Assembly: GCA_051530055.1 (NCBI GenBank)
Contig: CM121343.1
Span: forward strand, 6,170,389 to 6,234,388
Length of the DNA: 64,000 nucleotides
Source: Neoechinorhynchus agilis
Taxonomy: Eukaryota; Animalia; Acanthocephala
Reading direction: 5' to 3'
Below are positions 30,850-43,819 of the stretch, one piece after another (positions within the stretch are counted from its first letter, which is position 1; each line of letters begins with the position of its first letter). Position numbers and translations under genes: made by a program. The notes below the pieces were generated by a model. The model ran no database searches, had not been told where the DNA came from, and saw only the letters and a program-made list of their open reading frames with translations.

Positions 30850-31822
30850 CTAGAATCTTCATGCGACTTTCGCTTCGATTGATAATCCAATAAGATTTCA
30901 AAAGTTTTGAACAGCGGGACAACAACGGAGATTTGACATAAAGTGCTGAGCTTTTAACAATCTTTTTTAGGCTCAAGTATTGCTTTCGAAACTGCAAACT
31001 TGACTGGGTTGTTACAATGATAAAGAAAAATCTTTATTTCCGAGATTTCGCCATCTTACGGCTTCTTCAGGAATCTTCAAAGGCACGTGGATTTTTGAAG
31101 TGTGTTAAAGAAGCGACATCGAAACAAAAAGTTCGCCCCGTCTGTTGAGCTCACGACTTGTTGATTGGACGCTGTTGGCTTAAGGTGTAATTCTTCCAGA
31201 AATTGGATTTGACCGATTGAACATGGACGAATTTTAATTTTTTTAAATGAGTTCCTTACAGTACAGCAAGTGGACGTGTGCTCGAGTGTGTGGTTCAAAG
31301 GACAACTTTAAATATAGATTTGTTCAATCTGGATTGAGCAATGAAACGAGATCGTCGTACGAGATGGGCGGTCAGTGCGATATTTGCGCGGATCCGATTT
31401 TTACAGATCTAAGGGCACTGATATTTAAATATCTTTATTAAATTATCAGTGCGACACATAATTGGCTTTATGTTTTATTGGGAGCGATTTCAGTGAGTTT
31501 TTTCCTCGTAATCAGCTGTACTTGGTTTTATTGTGCTCCGAATGCTTCTATTGGAAAGACATTGCCACCAGAAAACCAACAAGCAAATGGAATCAGAAAT
31601 CGTAATCAGAACATGACTCATAGGATGTTATTGCCGAATGCTTTGGTGATTGAGATCGATGAACGAATACCGTCTAGAGATATTCCCTCCGACAATGGAA
31701 TACAAGTGATCACTAAAGTTAGAAAAGACGCTAATGGAAATAATCCTTTATTCATTGATATCGATGCAGATTCTCGAATTCGACCTGCGTATTTTGAATT
31801 AGGTAGAAAAAAGGGTGGATAG
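30850..31822 (+). pseudogene. Cys-rich spliced-looking orphan gene or pseudogene
   Basis: Long frames linked by phase-compatible short GT-AG introns (near 30942-30970 and 31183-31261) but interrupted by in-frame stops; ends in the 114-aa ORF 31478-31822; no family recognised. Confidence 0.28.
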
Positions 31823-32159
31823 TTCGGAATTTGATCTTTAGCAATGTGATTTTTGTTTTCGATTGACAAAAATTTCCAGGGTGCGAATATTGATTTGGGA
31901 TGTGAAGGTGTGAATCTCAATCACGGATTTCAAACGTTATTCAGAGTCTGAGGAAAATATACATTTAGATGTTTTTTGTCTTTAAAAAAGTGACCACCAT
32001 AGAATTATTTTCGTCTAATCCGTGGAAAGCAGAGTTATTGAAAACAATTCATTTGAAAATGCCTCTTGAAAGCCAAAGAAAGAAGTAATCCTCCTCGTTA
32101 ATTTTTTTAGGATAAACGATAAATGTATTCAATCAATCGTCATTTCTCGACAATTAACA

Positions 32160-32470
32160 CACTCACCACCTCCCGCCGAATTCCAGCTTTTGTCCTTCCT
32201 CGACCGTCGCCATCATGCTGGCAGCATTGCCCCGTTGTACTGCCAGCGAGATATTTTGTCGAAGGAATACGCCTGCTCTTAAGTCTCCGGTTGCTTCTCT
32301 CAATTTCTTCGAGAGATCCTGGAGCAGAGAGAGTGCCGAGCTGCCGAGCGCTCCATACGTCTCTACCCCAAAGGGGACAAAATAGTGAGCCCTCGATAAG
32401 TGAAGATATTTCCGTATTTTCCTCCCTTCCGCTGCACTGGCGGCACCACCGGCGATTTCGAATGAGTAGG
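32160..32470 (-). mobile_element. CRE-clade (restriction-like endonuclease) non-LTR retrotransposon 3' remnant
   Basis: Reverse-complement homolog of 42900-43215 with substitutions and small indels. Confidence 0.8.
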
Positions 32471-33166
32471 GGATGTTGCTGGCTGGCTTTAAGATTCAGG
32501 TTAAATGAGTTAAAATTTAATTGGCAATCTTATGGACAGTTTATATTGGATATAATGGATCCTCAAATCCTACTGACGTCTTCTCACCGACGATTTTTGT
32601 AGTTAGTGCCTTCATATAAAAATGTTCATTACACTATCTATATTTTGTTTAATTCGATTTTTAATTTTTCGCATAGGCCATTTGATCGAATTGGTGTGTG
32701 TTCGCCAAAAACGGAAGCTATAGAAGGTTCCAAGACGTTTTTGCATAATGCATCAATTTAGAAAAGAATTCTTGAAATAGTAAAATCAAAATAAGTCTTT
32801 GATGGCTAAAAAATGTGTCAACATTCCTTAGTACCATCGTTCACTGAGCATTCGGCTAAATGTTTGCATGATCTTTATTATCGATTTTCTCACTGTTAAA
32901 ATTAATACTAGGATCGAATTTGCATTTTTGCATTAGAATTTAAAAGCTACTTTAAATTCAAAGTTTTCTCAAATACTTTATTTGAATAAAGCTTTTATGA
33001 TATCAAGTTTAAGTTGCTTATACCAAATCGTCAGCCTATTGTAAAACATCAATCTAAAAGTGCGAGAAATATACTTCAGAAGTCGGGTGGAATATTCTCG
33101 ATTTCGTTTACGATTAATGTATTTCAGCATTAATTTTTTCACCAACCGTTAAATTTTATTTGTTAA

Positions 33167-33222
33167 AGTACAAAACGTGCAATCACCACCGTCCGCAAAA
33201 TTGGAGCTTCTCTTCTTCATTC
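33167..33222 (-). mobile_element. Third small CRE 3'-tail fragment
   Basis: agtacaaaacgtgcaatcaccaccgtccgcaaaattggagcttctct matches the reverse complement of about 43158-43211. Confidence 0.65.
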
Positions 33223-33717
33223 CTGAAATCATTGGAGTCGAACATAAGTTATCCATTCTACGCTTCGATAGTTTCTGATTCCGATCCGCTGTAAATTATA
33301 TAGATCAATGACAGCATAAATCATCAATCTTTAGAAATTAAGGAGCAGAAATGGATCTATCTGTTAATAACTTTTGTTTATATTGCTAATATTGGCAAAT
33401 CGTTACGAACACCGAGATGAATTTATGACTTTTATAATTTTTGCTGTTTGAATTGAATGATATGTTTTTTTCGTGAATCGCTCTTAAAAGAATTTTGGGT
33501 TGTGAAAATATTTTTAAAAAGCGTAACAGATATTGAGCGCTGTTTTGTTATACTAAATAAATAAAAGTTCAGGCGGGAACGGCGAAACATCTTTATCCTC
33601 TATTGCCTCGAGATTTCTTCTAATTGTTTTTTAAAAAACTTTCTAAAAAGCCTTCACATTTATCAGCGGAAATGGAAATATTCGATTTTTAAGTGTCTGA
33701 ACGTGATATACCGGAGA

Positions 33718-33925
33718 TTTTTGTCGATAGGAGAAAATAAATGAAATTAAGAATTTATTGATGTGATATTCCGATCCACTGTCTCGGATCTTCTTCAGTG
33801 ATTGTTAGCAAGTGTTTACGACGTTAGATCGTTGCTAACAATAGCTGAAGAAGATCCGAGACAGTGGATCGAAATATCAAATCAATAAATTCTTAATTTC
33901 ATTTATTTTCTCCTATCGACAAAAA
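33718..33925. repeat. Fold-back hairpin with ~94-bp arms and a 20-nt loop
   Basis: 33718-33811 versus the reverse complement of 33832-33925 with 4 mismatched positions. Confidence 0.95.
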
Positions 33926-34501
33926 AACAATGAATTATCTTTTCAACATATACCGGAGTGTGATATTCAAAGGAAACCTCAAACAATCTTTTTAAGATAT
34001 TTGTTGCCAGATATGTGAGTTTCACTGCTTTTAGTACCGGACTTTTGATCATGCTATGTTCCGATGGATTTTAATCGCCTGCTAGCATCAACAACATAAA
34101 TTTACTGGCTTTGATGATAAACAATTTTGTATTATTTATTAAATATTCAAACTTTAGACGCTAAGCCACATATTTAAAGAGATAGTTACATGAGTAAAAT
34201 TAGGTACGAAGTTAGCTAGTATTGAAGGTCTTTCACAACTTTATCGTTCCAACCCAGATTTGGGATTCGTTTAAAAATTTCAACCTGTAATCTTGCCGAT
34301 GATTTCGCGATTGCATTATCGAAAAGATTACAACTGCTATTTTTATTTCTGTAAGCATAAGACTCTCAAACCCTTCTCTTTTTTGTACACCGATATTCTA
34401 ACTTAAAACATCACATTTTGTGTACTTTAATCGTCTTAAATTAAACTGTCCCCTGTATTTGAAAAAAAGGCTTAAAATATATGATTTTCAGATAAAATCA
34501 C

Positions 34502-36641
34502 ATGTCCAACAAAAAGGGAGATCTCACCGACGGGTGCAAGATATTTCCATCACTACGCCTCAATTTTCTGCAACCCGACGATTGCTACGATGTACTTGAG
34601 CATGAATCAGTCTATAATGATTATCTCAATATGTCTGAATTAATATCCTTGGTTGTTGACTCGGGAATCTCTAAAAATTACGAGATTTTCGATGCGTGCT
34701 CAGATGAAAATGCATGGCTTCTAAATGTGGGTGGAAGTGTAACAGCGATAGAAGCAATCACTGATGTTGACCTTGAAAAATCACCCATATTGATTATTGC
34801 CATTATGACAACTAGATTTATGCCGTGTCTGCAAGTGTTTGAATTTGAAACAACAATTCCCACTTTGAAGTATATACGCAATTGGTATTTAATTCGTCTT
34901 TGATTCGCCTTAAAAATCGATTGCCTAATTTGCTTAGATTCTAGTGAACGGATAAATACTATTCGTTTTCTCACCGGACTTACTACGAACGACTTTTTAG
35001 GTGTTGCGTCTGACAGAGCGTTCATTATTCGAGTTCCACATGATCCAAAGTCTAAATTTTTGTTATTAAAGCATAACATTCCATTGGACGTGAAAACGAT
35101 TTCAAATCACCCTGAGAACGAAATTGGTAAATGTACGGATTTGGCATGGTCCAAACCATATAAAAATATCTGTGCTGTCTATTCCTCAGGAATTATCTGT
35201 CTTTGGACTATAGGAAGTGCCGGTCCTATCTTCGTACGCTTATTGATGCCTTTAAATACACCAATCATTAAAGTAACCTTTATGCCGTGCTCAAGAAGTG
35301 TTGTCGCTGTCTCGTATTTGAATTCACGAGACCTACGAGTGTTGGATCTCTTATCAGCTAGAGAACAATTATGCCGATTTGATTTGTATGCTGCAGATTT
35401 GTGTTCAAATGAAGACGGTCATCAATTACTCATAGGTACTGACGAGTGCGATGGGTGAGCTTTAACACGCTTTTTCAGTCATAGTGCAACTTTTCCTTAG
35501 GAAATCACAAAACTCAAATATAAAGCAAATGATTATGTGGATAAATCATACAACGTTAAGCTGCTTTAACGGTCCATACATTGATGGACATTTGACCGCT
35601 TTGTATGCTAAAAATCAAACTATTCTATCCGGCACATCAAATGGTTAGATTTGTTTTAGGTAGAAAAGTGTAGCTCTTTAGAATTCGTTTCATCTATTAT
35701 TCAATTTAAAGATAATCCTTAGTGCATTTATTTATGGACCATAGCATTTACTATTTTGGTCGTTCCTCGACATCCGAGAAAGAGATCGCTGAAGGCGAAT
35801 ATATTTTTACTGATTGAATCAATCATTATCAGTAAACTTAACGCTTACCTGTATTTTTTTCGAAAACAATTTTAGTTGATAATGGCTGATTCAATCAGTC
35901 GAAATATATATTCGACTTTAATGATCTCTCTCGGGTGTTGACAGGCGACCGAAATAAAAACTTATCACCGGAATGCAATGCTCAACCACATCAAAATATC
36001 TTTAAATATGGACTATCTTTAAGGATAGCATTTGAAAGCATAATATTAAATCGATTTTAGCATCTTTATCCATACAATTGAATCTTGGCTTATGCTCTCC
36101 ACGCTGATTTCTTAAAAACCAAAATTGAATGAGTGGTAACAATTTTCGATATATTCTTTAAGGTCATATTTACGAGCTCATATTTCAATCTGACAAAAAA
36201 CATCGGTCGTTTTCAAATGCCATATCGAACGCAAAGGTAATTCACTTTTACAATTTGTTATTTTGAATATCATTGTTCTTTTTAGAACCGAGCGGTATGC
36301 TCACTTCAGTTGATTAAACATGAAGAACTCGACGATTCTGTAGACTATGGCCTTATACTACTCTCGCATGTTGCTTAAACTTTTGTCAAATTATGTATCC
36401 TATCCATTTAACCTCCACACTTTAGGCATTTCAAGATTCAAATGAAGAAATAAGTTCTATACAGGAAGATCATAAAAGGCATCCAAATTCAATAAACAAC
36501 GTTTGTTTATCTTGGAGATATTCGCCGGTACTTATCGTAAAATAGGTTATTTCTATAACATTATATTGTGGAACCAATAAATTATCATATGCAGTATTTG
36601 GATCAGACCTTGCTTTATGTGGAATAAAAATCAATAAATAA
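34502..36641 (+). CDS. WD40 protein, TFIIIC subunit GTF3C2/Tfc6-like, multi-exon (3' exon structure uncertain)
   Basis: LLNVGGSVTAIE resembles the NVGGPVWAM motif of GTF3C2; WD-like CTDLAWSK...ICLWTI; SGHIYELIF; C-terminal NSINNVCLSW. Exons around 35650-36160 could not be resolved cleanly. Confidence 0.55.
35781..35929. repeat. Degenerate hairpin/MITE-like insert inside the WD40 gene
   Basis: agagatc...actgattgaatca..cattatca pairs with tgataatg..tgattcaatcagt...gatctct with several mismatches. Confidence 0.75.
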
Positions 36642-37703
36642 AATACTGTTTAAAAATTGATTAAATTTTTCATTTATAGTGCTAAATTAGCGCGAAAAAC
36701 ATCCAAATTGAGTCGCATTTAGTATCGATCTCAAAAAGTTTTTTAGAAGGATTTAAACAATAACCGTAATTGGAGACAGGTATGGCGAGTAATGGTTGAT
36801 AATTTCAAACAGGAAAATATCCGCTGCTGGAATAAAAGACAATTCTCAATAAGCTCCGGCGAAAAAGGGTCAAGGAACGATGGTCGGACATGCCATCCAT
36901 GCAATGTCATAAATGTCCAGACGAACGATTGATTCAACTTGGCCTCCATAGCCACTTGATGTCTCGCGAATGGAACAAGGAATAAAACCAAAGAAGAAGC
37001 GACGGTAATATAATTAGAGCAATATATAATATCTGCTGCTAAGCTGGGTTTATAAGAAAATGAAGACTAATGCGTCTAAAATAATGTTAAATCCTCAGAA
37101 TTGAGCAAATGCTATTGAAATCAACCTTTTTTAGGAAGTGATAAACGACTTGAAGACTGAGTATCTCAATACAAAAGATTTTGAAGAAGGTTGGATCTTT
37201 TGACATAGCTTTCGAATGTATTTTCATTTAGCAATACTTTACTATGCGCTTTCATGTTATCCACTGGGGACGCAATTTATTGATAGATCTTAATTGATCG
37301 AAACTAGTCATCATTTGAACTGAAGCAATATTTTCAAATTCTAAAAGTTCCCTTGAAGCTCGGTATAGAAAACTTAAGAAACTAATATTTCCCACTAACC
37401 TTAATTTTTACATAAAATTAGAATGTTTTTCATTTCATTGCAAGTTTTGATTCCATTGAATGTTAAACTGGAGCATTTGCGGCATTGATTGAAACCAATA
37501 TTTGATACAAACTCATACATAGTTCTATAGGGACAATAAGATTAAAGGTTTATTGTGCGGAAAATCGTTAGATATTATAAGTATATGCTAATTCCAAAGC
37601 AAACTTTTAATTAAATGGACAATATTATCAACGTTGACGGGAACTATTAGTGATCCTATAAAAACATATTTATCCTTCATGATAACATTCGGGTGAAAAG
37701 TAA

Positions 37704-37850
37704 TCCTCTTGTGGCGATTCACACCCCGAGAGTCAGTTTTATTTTCTGAAAAAAACTTGCAAACAATGACAATGTTTGAAAAGGTGGGTATGGCCCAAAA
37801 AATATTACAAAATAAAACTGACTCTCGGGGTGTGAATCGCCACAAGAGGA
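37704..37850. mobile_element. MITE-like element with perfect 42-bp terminal inverted repeats
   Basis: 37704-37745 is the exact reverse complement of 37809-37850; 63-bp spacer; no ORF. Confidence 0.8.
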
Positions 37851-38553
37851 AAAACATATTTGTTTGAAGGTTGAATTGTTAATGTTAGTTTCTGGCTGAA
37901 ATTTAAAGGAATTTATTAAACCGATATTTCGGTACAATCTTGTGCTTTTATCGAGGTTGTACCTAAATATCAGACTTAATAAATTCCTTTAAGTGTTCCC
38001 GCCAGAAACTAAAAAAAACAGATTCAACAATCATTATGTCAGCTCGTTTTGACAGTATAAATTTTTCGCTTTATGATTTTGAAAATTAAGCAATTTATTG
38101 TACTTACCATAAACAGTTGTCCGCAAAAAAATATATAACCGTATTTCATTGCAACCGTATTATTTTATCGTATATTTTACCAGCCGATGACATTTTCAGT
38201 GTATTTTGAAGTGATTATCCCCTACAATAACCTATTTTCATTTCTAAAAAATAGCTTTTCAAGAATGCTTACAGAAAATGCAAATGAATGTCATGATGAT
38301 TTTTCACAAAATACACTTTGATGGAATCAAGAAGTTTTTAACAACCACACGAACGCCACCGTCCCCGAGCCCATTTCAATGAGTTTTTAATTCTCTGCTT
38401 ACGAATATAATCCATTAAATCTAAACTGACCACCAATTTTGTTCATTGAACAGACAACATGCTATGTTGCGTTTTAATTTTAACGGCATAATTCACTACG
38501 TTCAAACTAGCGGCTGCAACGAATTCTAAACAACGGGTGCATTCTGCGCACTA

Positions 38554-41500
38554 ATGGCTGAACCAAGTGCTCGTACATTCTCGTCAAGCTCTTTAAGGAG
38601 AACCTCCATGATTCGGACCAGATCCAGAATTTACTTTATCACATCAATGCTGTTTCCATTAGTAGTCCTAGTGTCTTCGGTGATCTCGAAAATAAGTTTA
38701 ATTCAGCTTATACAAATAAATGAAAACTTCGACCGTAGGGCTACATCGTACGCAACAATTTTGCCCGTCCTGCTTATTGTGACATATCCTCAGTTCATAT
38801 CAATCACTTACGGATATTGTCGTGGATATGAAAAAAGTTCGGCAGTTATATGCTGCTCGGTCGAAAAATCCGTTTCCAAAATGGAGATGGTCGTCTTTCT
38901 ATTTACTCAAATCGTACACACGTCCGGCACTATGATTGCATTATTATGCGCAATGTCAGGATTAAACGATTTCGCCAAGATAAACTTTAGTCTTGGTTTT
39001 TGTGTAATTCCATTGATCTGTAGATTGTTTCATCTCTGGAACGGATTTAGCGCAATTGCTCGATCGAACAATAGACGTCTTCAATTAATATTTGTCACTT
39101 CGACATTGCTCGCGGCGTTCGTCTTTGCTCCAACTGCAATTGGACGATTTCTAAATCGCAATTTGATCTCGCCTCGGTTCTGGTCCGCCGAATTAACTAT
39201 GTTGTGCATATCATGCGGATGGATGCGATTTGTCGATCGCCACGTATTTAGCCTTGACTGTAAATTGCCAGTAAAGTTGTTCAAAATTTCAGGATTATTG
39301 GAAATCGTAGCTGCTTTTACTATAGCATTTCTTCGAGGCACTTTATTTAATGGATTAAACTTCACCTTTTGCAAATCACATCTCGGTCATGTTCTTAAAC
39401 CAGTCGTTGTGCACATTTTGTCCTCAGCTTTATGCTTTATTGTTGCTCGCGCATCCTGCAAGGTATCTTATAGTTTTGATCGAATAGTAAATTTTTTAAA
39501 ACGGGACAAACGTTTTAGGTGAATATGTCTTCAACTGGATTCCTGGTTCCTATTTCGTTATCTTATCCAATTACATTACTCGCATTGATTATAAAAAGAA
39601 CTAATAAAGGTTTGTCTGTCATCCAACTTCTTAAAGAAAATGAGAAAAGTTAGTTTATGTCAATATTCATTAACTTATTCCCGAATTTAATTTTATAGCG
39701 ATTTGTATTGGGTTTGGTCTATGGTTGTGCCAACTACTGTTGTCCTTAATGCTCATTGACACCGATGATCGCTCACGTAAATCTTACGACAGGTAAGTGG
39801 ATTAATTCAATCAGATTGATCGATGTGATTTGTTGCACATTTAGTTTATTTGCAAAACCGACAATTCAGTCACCGTTTATTGAACAATCTTTAATCTATA
39901 ATCACATTGCAGTTGCTTTAGTACAGTTAAATTCTACGGACAATCGTCAATCGTCCACCGTTTCTGACTTATCGAATCAACCGTTGAAACCGATGGTGTA
40001 TATTTGTGCAACGATGTGGCATGAAACTATGGATGAAATGAAACTTCTACTTAAATCCTTATCAAGGTTTACAGCAACGAAAGTTGGTTTTATCTGTTTA
40101 TCTTCATTAGGTTAGAGCGAACTTACAATAAGGAAGGCCCATTTGATTATGAAGTTCACTTGTTTTTTGACGACGCTTTTGTATATAAAGATGGAACAAA
40201 TGATCCGTTTGAGGCAAAGGGAATCGCCACTGAAGGAAAACGAGTACTCAATGAATTTGTATTACAATTTCTAATGCTGGTTGATTCTTTTAATGCCAAC
40301 ACTGGGTAAGAATAATCACAAGTCATGTGAACGCTTCCTAAGTGAAAATTAGCGTTTCCATAGGCGAACCGACGAAAGTGCCAACACCTTACGGTGGAAG
40401 ACTGGAATGGTCATTCCATCTTAGTAACCGGAAAATGATTGCTCATCTAAAAGACAAAGAATTATGTCGAAATAAAAAACGGTGGAGTCAGGTATGAAAT
40501 GTCGTATCTCCAATAAATTGTTGAAGTGCTAAAATGACCAAGGTGATGTATATGTTTTATTTATTAAGATATATGTGCATATTCGATTCCGATCGAAAGG
40601 AATCTGAATGGGTGGAAGAAGATGAAGTATCAACAAAATCAAAGGTAACCATGTTTACTGCATAGGTCCATTTAAACCGAAACATGACCATTTATAGCTA
40701 AATAAAACATATATATTAGCGATCGATGGCGATGTCGACTTTCAACCAGAGTCAGTTGAGATTTTAGTTGAGAGGATGAATAAAAATCATGCCCTTGGTG
40801 CTGCTTGTGGACAAATTCTACCTACTGGAGGAGGTGAGATTTCATAAATGTATTAGAAATCTTTAATTAAGCTATAGGTCCACTTTTGTGGCTTCAACGA
40901 TTTGAATATGCAATCGGTCATTGGCTCCAAAAGGCCGCTGAACACAAACTTGGCTGTGTGCTGTGCAGTCCCGGATGCTTCAGTTTGTTTCGCGGTAGTG
41001 CTCTAAACGACCCCAAAATAATCATGACTTACGCCAAAGAAAGCAAATCTTCATCCGACTTCATCCAATACGATCAAGGCGAAGATCGTTGGCTTTGTAC
41101 GTTATTGCTCAAACGCGGATATCTTGTAGAATACTGTGCCGCCTCAATGGCTTACGCTGTGATTTTTAATATTCAAACATAACACTTTAAAAATCACTGC
41201 TGTATACTCATGCCCCTGAAAGTTTGACTGAGTTCTTTAATCAACGACGAAGATGGGTGCCATCTACAATGGCGAATCTTGTTGACTTGATTCACAACCA
41301 CAGGGAAACTGTCAGACGCAATTGCTACATTTCGCATTTTTACATTATTTATCTATCATTTTTGTTCTTATCAACGATTCTTGGTCCAGCCACAATAATT
41401 CTAACAATATCATCGGCATTCAGAACGATATTTCCTTGGCTAACACTCACTGAGGCATATATAATTTCATTATCTCCTGCTATATTTTACATATTTGTAT

Positions 41501-42600
41501 GCGTAAAACTAAGAGTATCCACACAACTAACGGTTGGCGGTATTCTGGCATCAGCGTATTCCTTGGTCATGGCAGGAGTTATTGTAGCAACATTGACTGA
41601 AATCATCAGATCTGAAAGGTTAACAGCGAGTTCAATATTTTTGCCATTCACTGGTTCGCTCTACATAGTAGCGGGACTGTTTCATCCCGATCAAATGAAC
41701 ATTCTCTTGCATGGTCCATTTTATTTGATTGCTCTACCTACCGGCTACTTGCTTTTGACCATTTATTCACTTTGCTCGATGCACATTATTCAATGGGGGA
41801 CCCGGGAGAGTGCGTCTGGTGCTTTTAAAGATGAAGATAATTTTGAAATAAGAATTCTCAAGTGAATCATGGAGAATTCTTAACTTAAATCACATAGAAT
41901 CCTATTAAAGTGGTTAAATAGAATATGGTACAAAGAACGCACCAATTCTCAAACAGAGAAATCTTCTTGCAAACAAATTATCAAAAGCAGCCTTCGACCA
42001 GTCAATGAGTTACATGATTCCGAGAAGAGATATTATTTAAAAGATCCGATTTGGATTGACGAATTAGACAATTTAGTAAATGGGCAACGTGGCTACATGA
42101 CGGAAATTGAGCTTTCATTTTGGCATGAAACGATTAAAAATCATTTAACACCAATAACGCGCAGTGAATCACAAAAACAGGATATTATTCAGCAGTTGAA
42201 GCAACTTAGAAACAAATCCTGCACAGCATTCCTTATGCTAAATCTCTTCTGGATTGTTCTTCAATACAAGTTTGAATATGTGGCTATCAGTGTAGACGAA
42301 TATATAAAAAGATTCACATCATCTTTTCAAACTTCTGTTGGCCATCATAAGGTTCAAATACTTGGACTCATTTATATGTCGTGTTTTGTTGTTACATTGT
42401 GCCTTCAATTCTTTGGAATGATTTTGCATAGATGGAGCACTTTACTTGATATTCTCATCAACGTGCAAAATGGACAGTCAGACTATAATCGAGATTCCTT
42501 TAGTTCTGAGGGCAGTTCGATTGGAGTATCCGTACGTTACGAAGAAGCTGACGATGTGTGGAAACACTTTAGCCTTTTTGAAGAGGTAGGCGAACAGTAG
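38554..42600 (+). CDS. CHS: Chitin synthase (GT2), multi-exon, no myosin motor domain seen
   Basis: ICATMWHET, PTPYGGRLEW, KKRWSQVMYMFYLL, AIDGDVDF, QRFEYAIGHWLQKAAEH, CSPGCFSLFR, QGEDRWLCTLLL, QRRRW and WGTRE motifs, with N- and C-terminal TM regions. Confidence 0.96.
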
Positions 42601-42899
42601 TTATGCACCGTTAGCATTATTAGAAATTAAAGTTTCTTTTTCATATCTTTTGCGGTTCACATTCTCTATAAAGCGAATTTACAAGTATTGAAGTTGTTTG
42701 ATTTTCCGATGAAATTGTACATTGTGTACTTTTGGTTCAAAATTCAGTTAAAGATGTTTTTTCTAATAAAACATTATTATTAAATCATGAAAAAATACAA
42801 TTTAAATATACGCTGCGCAGCAGTGATCAGGTGATTTGGTCATGACGACTATTGCTCAATTCCTGGCTTTCTAAAATACTAAAGCCTAAATTTGAGTAT

Positions 42900-43215
42900 T
42901 AATTTTCTCTCGAAATCGCTGGAGGTGCAGCGGAAGGGAGGAAGGTATGAAAATATAGAGAATTAGCAAGGATCCACTATTTGGTCCCCTTCGGAGTAGA
43001 GACGTATGGAGCGCTTGGCAGCTCAGCACTCTGCTCCAGGATCTCTCGAAGAAATTGAGAGAAACGACCGGCGAAGCACGAGCAGGTGTATTCCTGCGAC
43101 AAAATATCTCGCTCGAAGTACAACGAGGCAATGCTGCAAGCGCGATAGCAACAACCGAGGAAGGAGAGAAGCCCCAATTTTGCGGACGGTGCTGATTGTA
43201 CGTTTTGTACTATTG
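42900..43215 (+). mobile_element. CRE-clade non-LTR retrotransposon 3' remnant
   Basis: Translates (with a frameshift) LVPFGVETYGALG...ETTGEARAGVFLRQNISLEVQRGNAASAIA, matching the typical CRE C-terminus (P..ET.G..G...QR.S...QRGNA). Confidence 0.85.
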
Positions 43216-43281
43216 TAAAACCCTAAAAGACAGCTTTAATAAATCATTATCATCATATAGAGATTGATTTATTGATTCCCT

Positions 43282-43775
43282 TCAGCAATATTGCGCCCGT
43301 CTCGTTGGACTTCTTCGGGTTCTGAGCTTTAGCTCATAATCCGCCTTATTTGACTGAAATGTGTCACGATAATCAATATACATCGCTTCGACGATCACAC
43401 GTGTATATCGATCTTCACTTCGCATCAATACACCGAAGTTGTCAAAATCAATTTCATAATTCGATGTCATGTGGCCCATCAGTTTTCTTGTTGACATTGT
43501 GGGTATCCCGTAGACGCACCCTTCCGAGATGGAATTTACCAATGGATTAACAATGCTGGACAATTTCTTGCCGGTTCGGCCAAAAGGTATGCATTTTTTG
43601 CTGGCCCCTTGCCTGACCTCAGGATATAATTCACATATGAGTTCCATTGATCATTAACGAATAACACCTCCACGAAAATCGGTTCTTTGGGTTCGTATCG
43701 CTTCCTGAAGGTAATATAGCGTGTGCCCCGAATACAACGAGCTAACTTGCTACTCGGATGACCTCCCCTTACCAA
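43282..43775 (-). mobile_element. Penelope-like element remnant (GIY-YIG endonuclease C-terminus), frameshifted
   Basis: NSYVNYIL...CIPFGRTGKKL...GHMTSNYEIDFDNFGVLMRSEDRYTRVIVEAMYI...SNKADYEL follows the PLE pattern VY...C...G.T.R.L...H...IDF.N..IL..E...R.I.EA..I...N. Confidence 0.75.
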
Positions 43776-43819
43776 AAATGTAGTTCATGGCGTAACAGAT
43801 TTTTATCAGAGCAATATCG

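Noticed and set aside
31478-31822. Neuropeptide precursor (hydrophobic start, C-terminal FELG-RKK)
   Set aside because: The start is a TTG, the hydrophobic part overlaps a probable intron, and there is only one amidation-like site.
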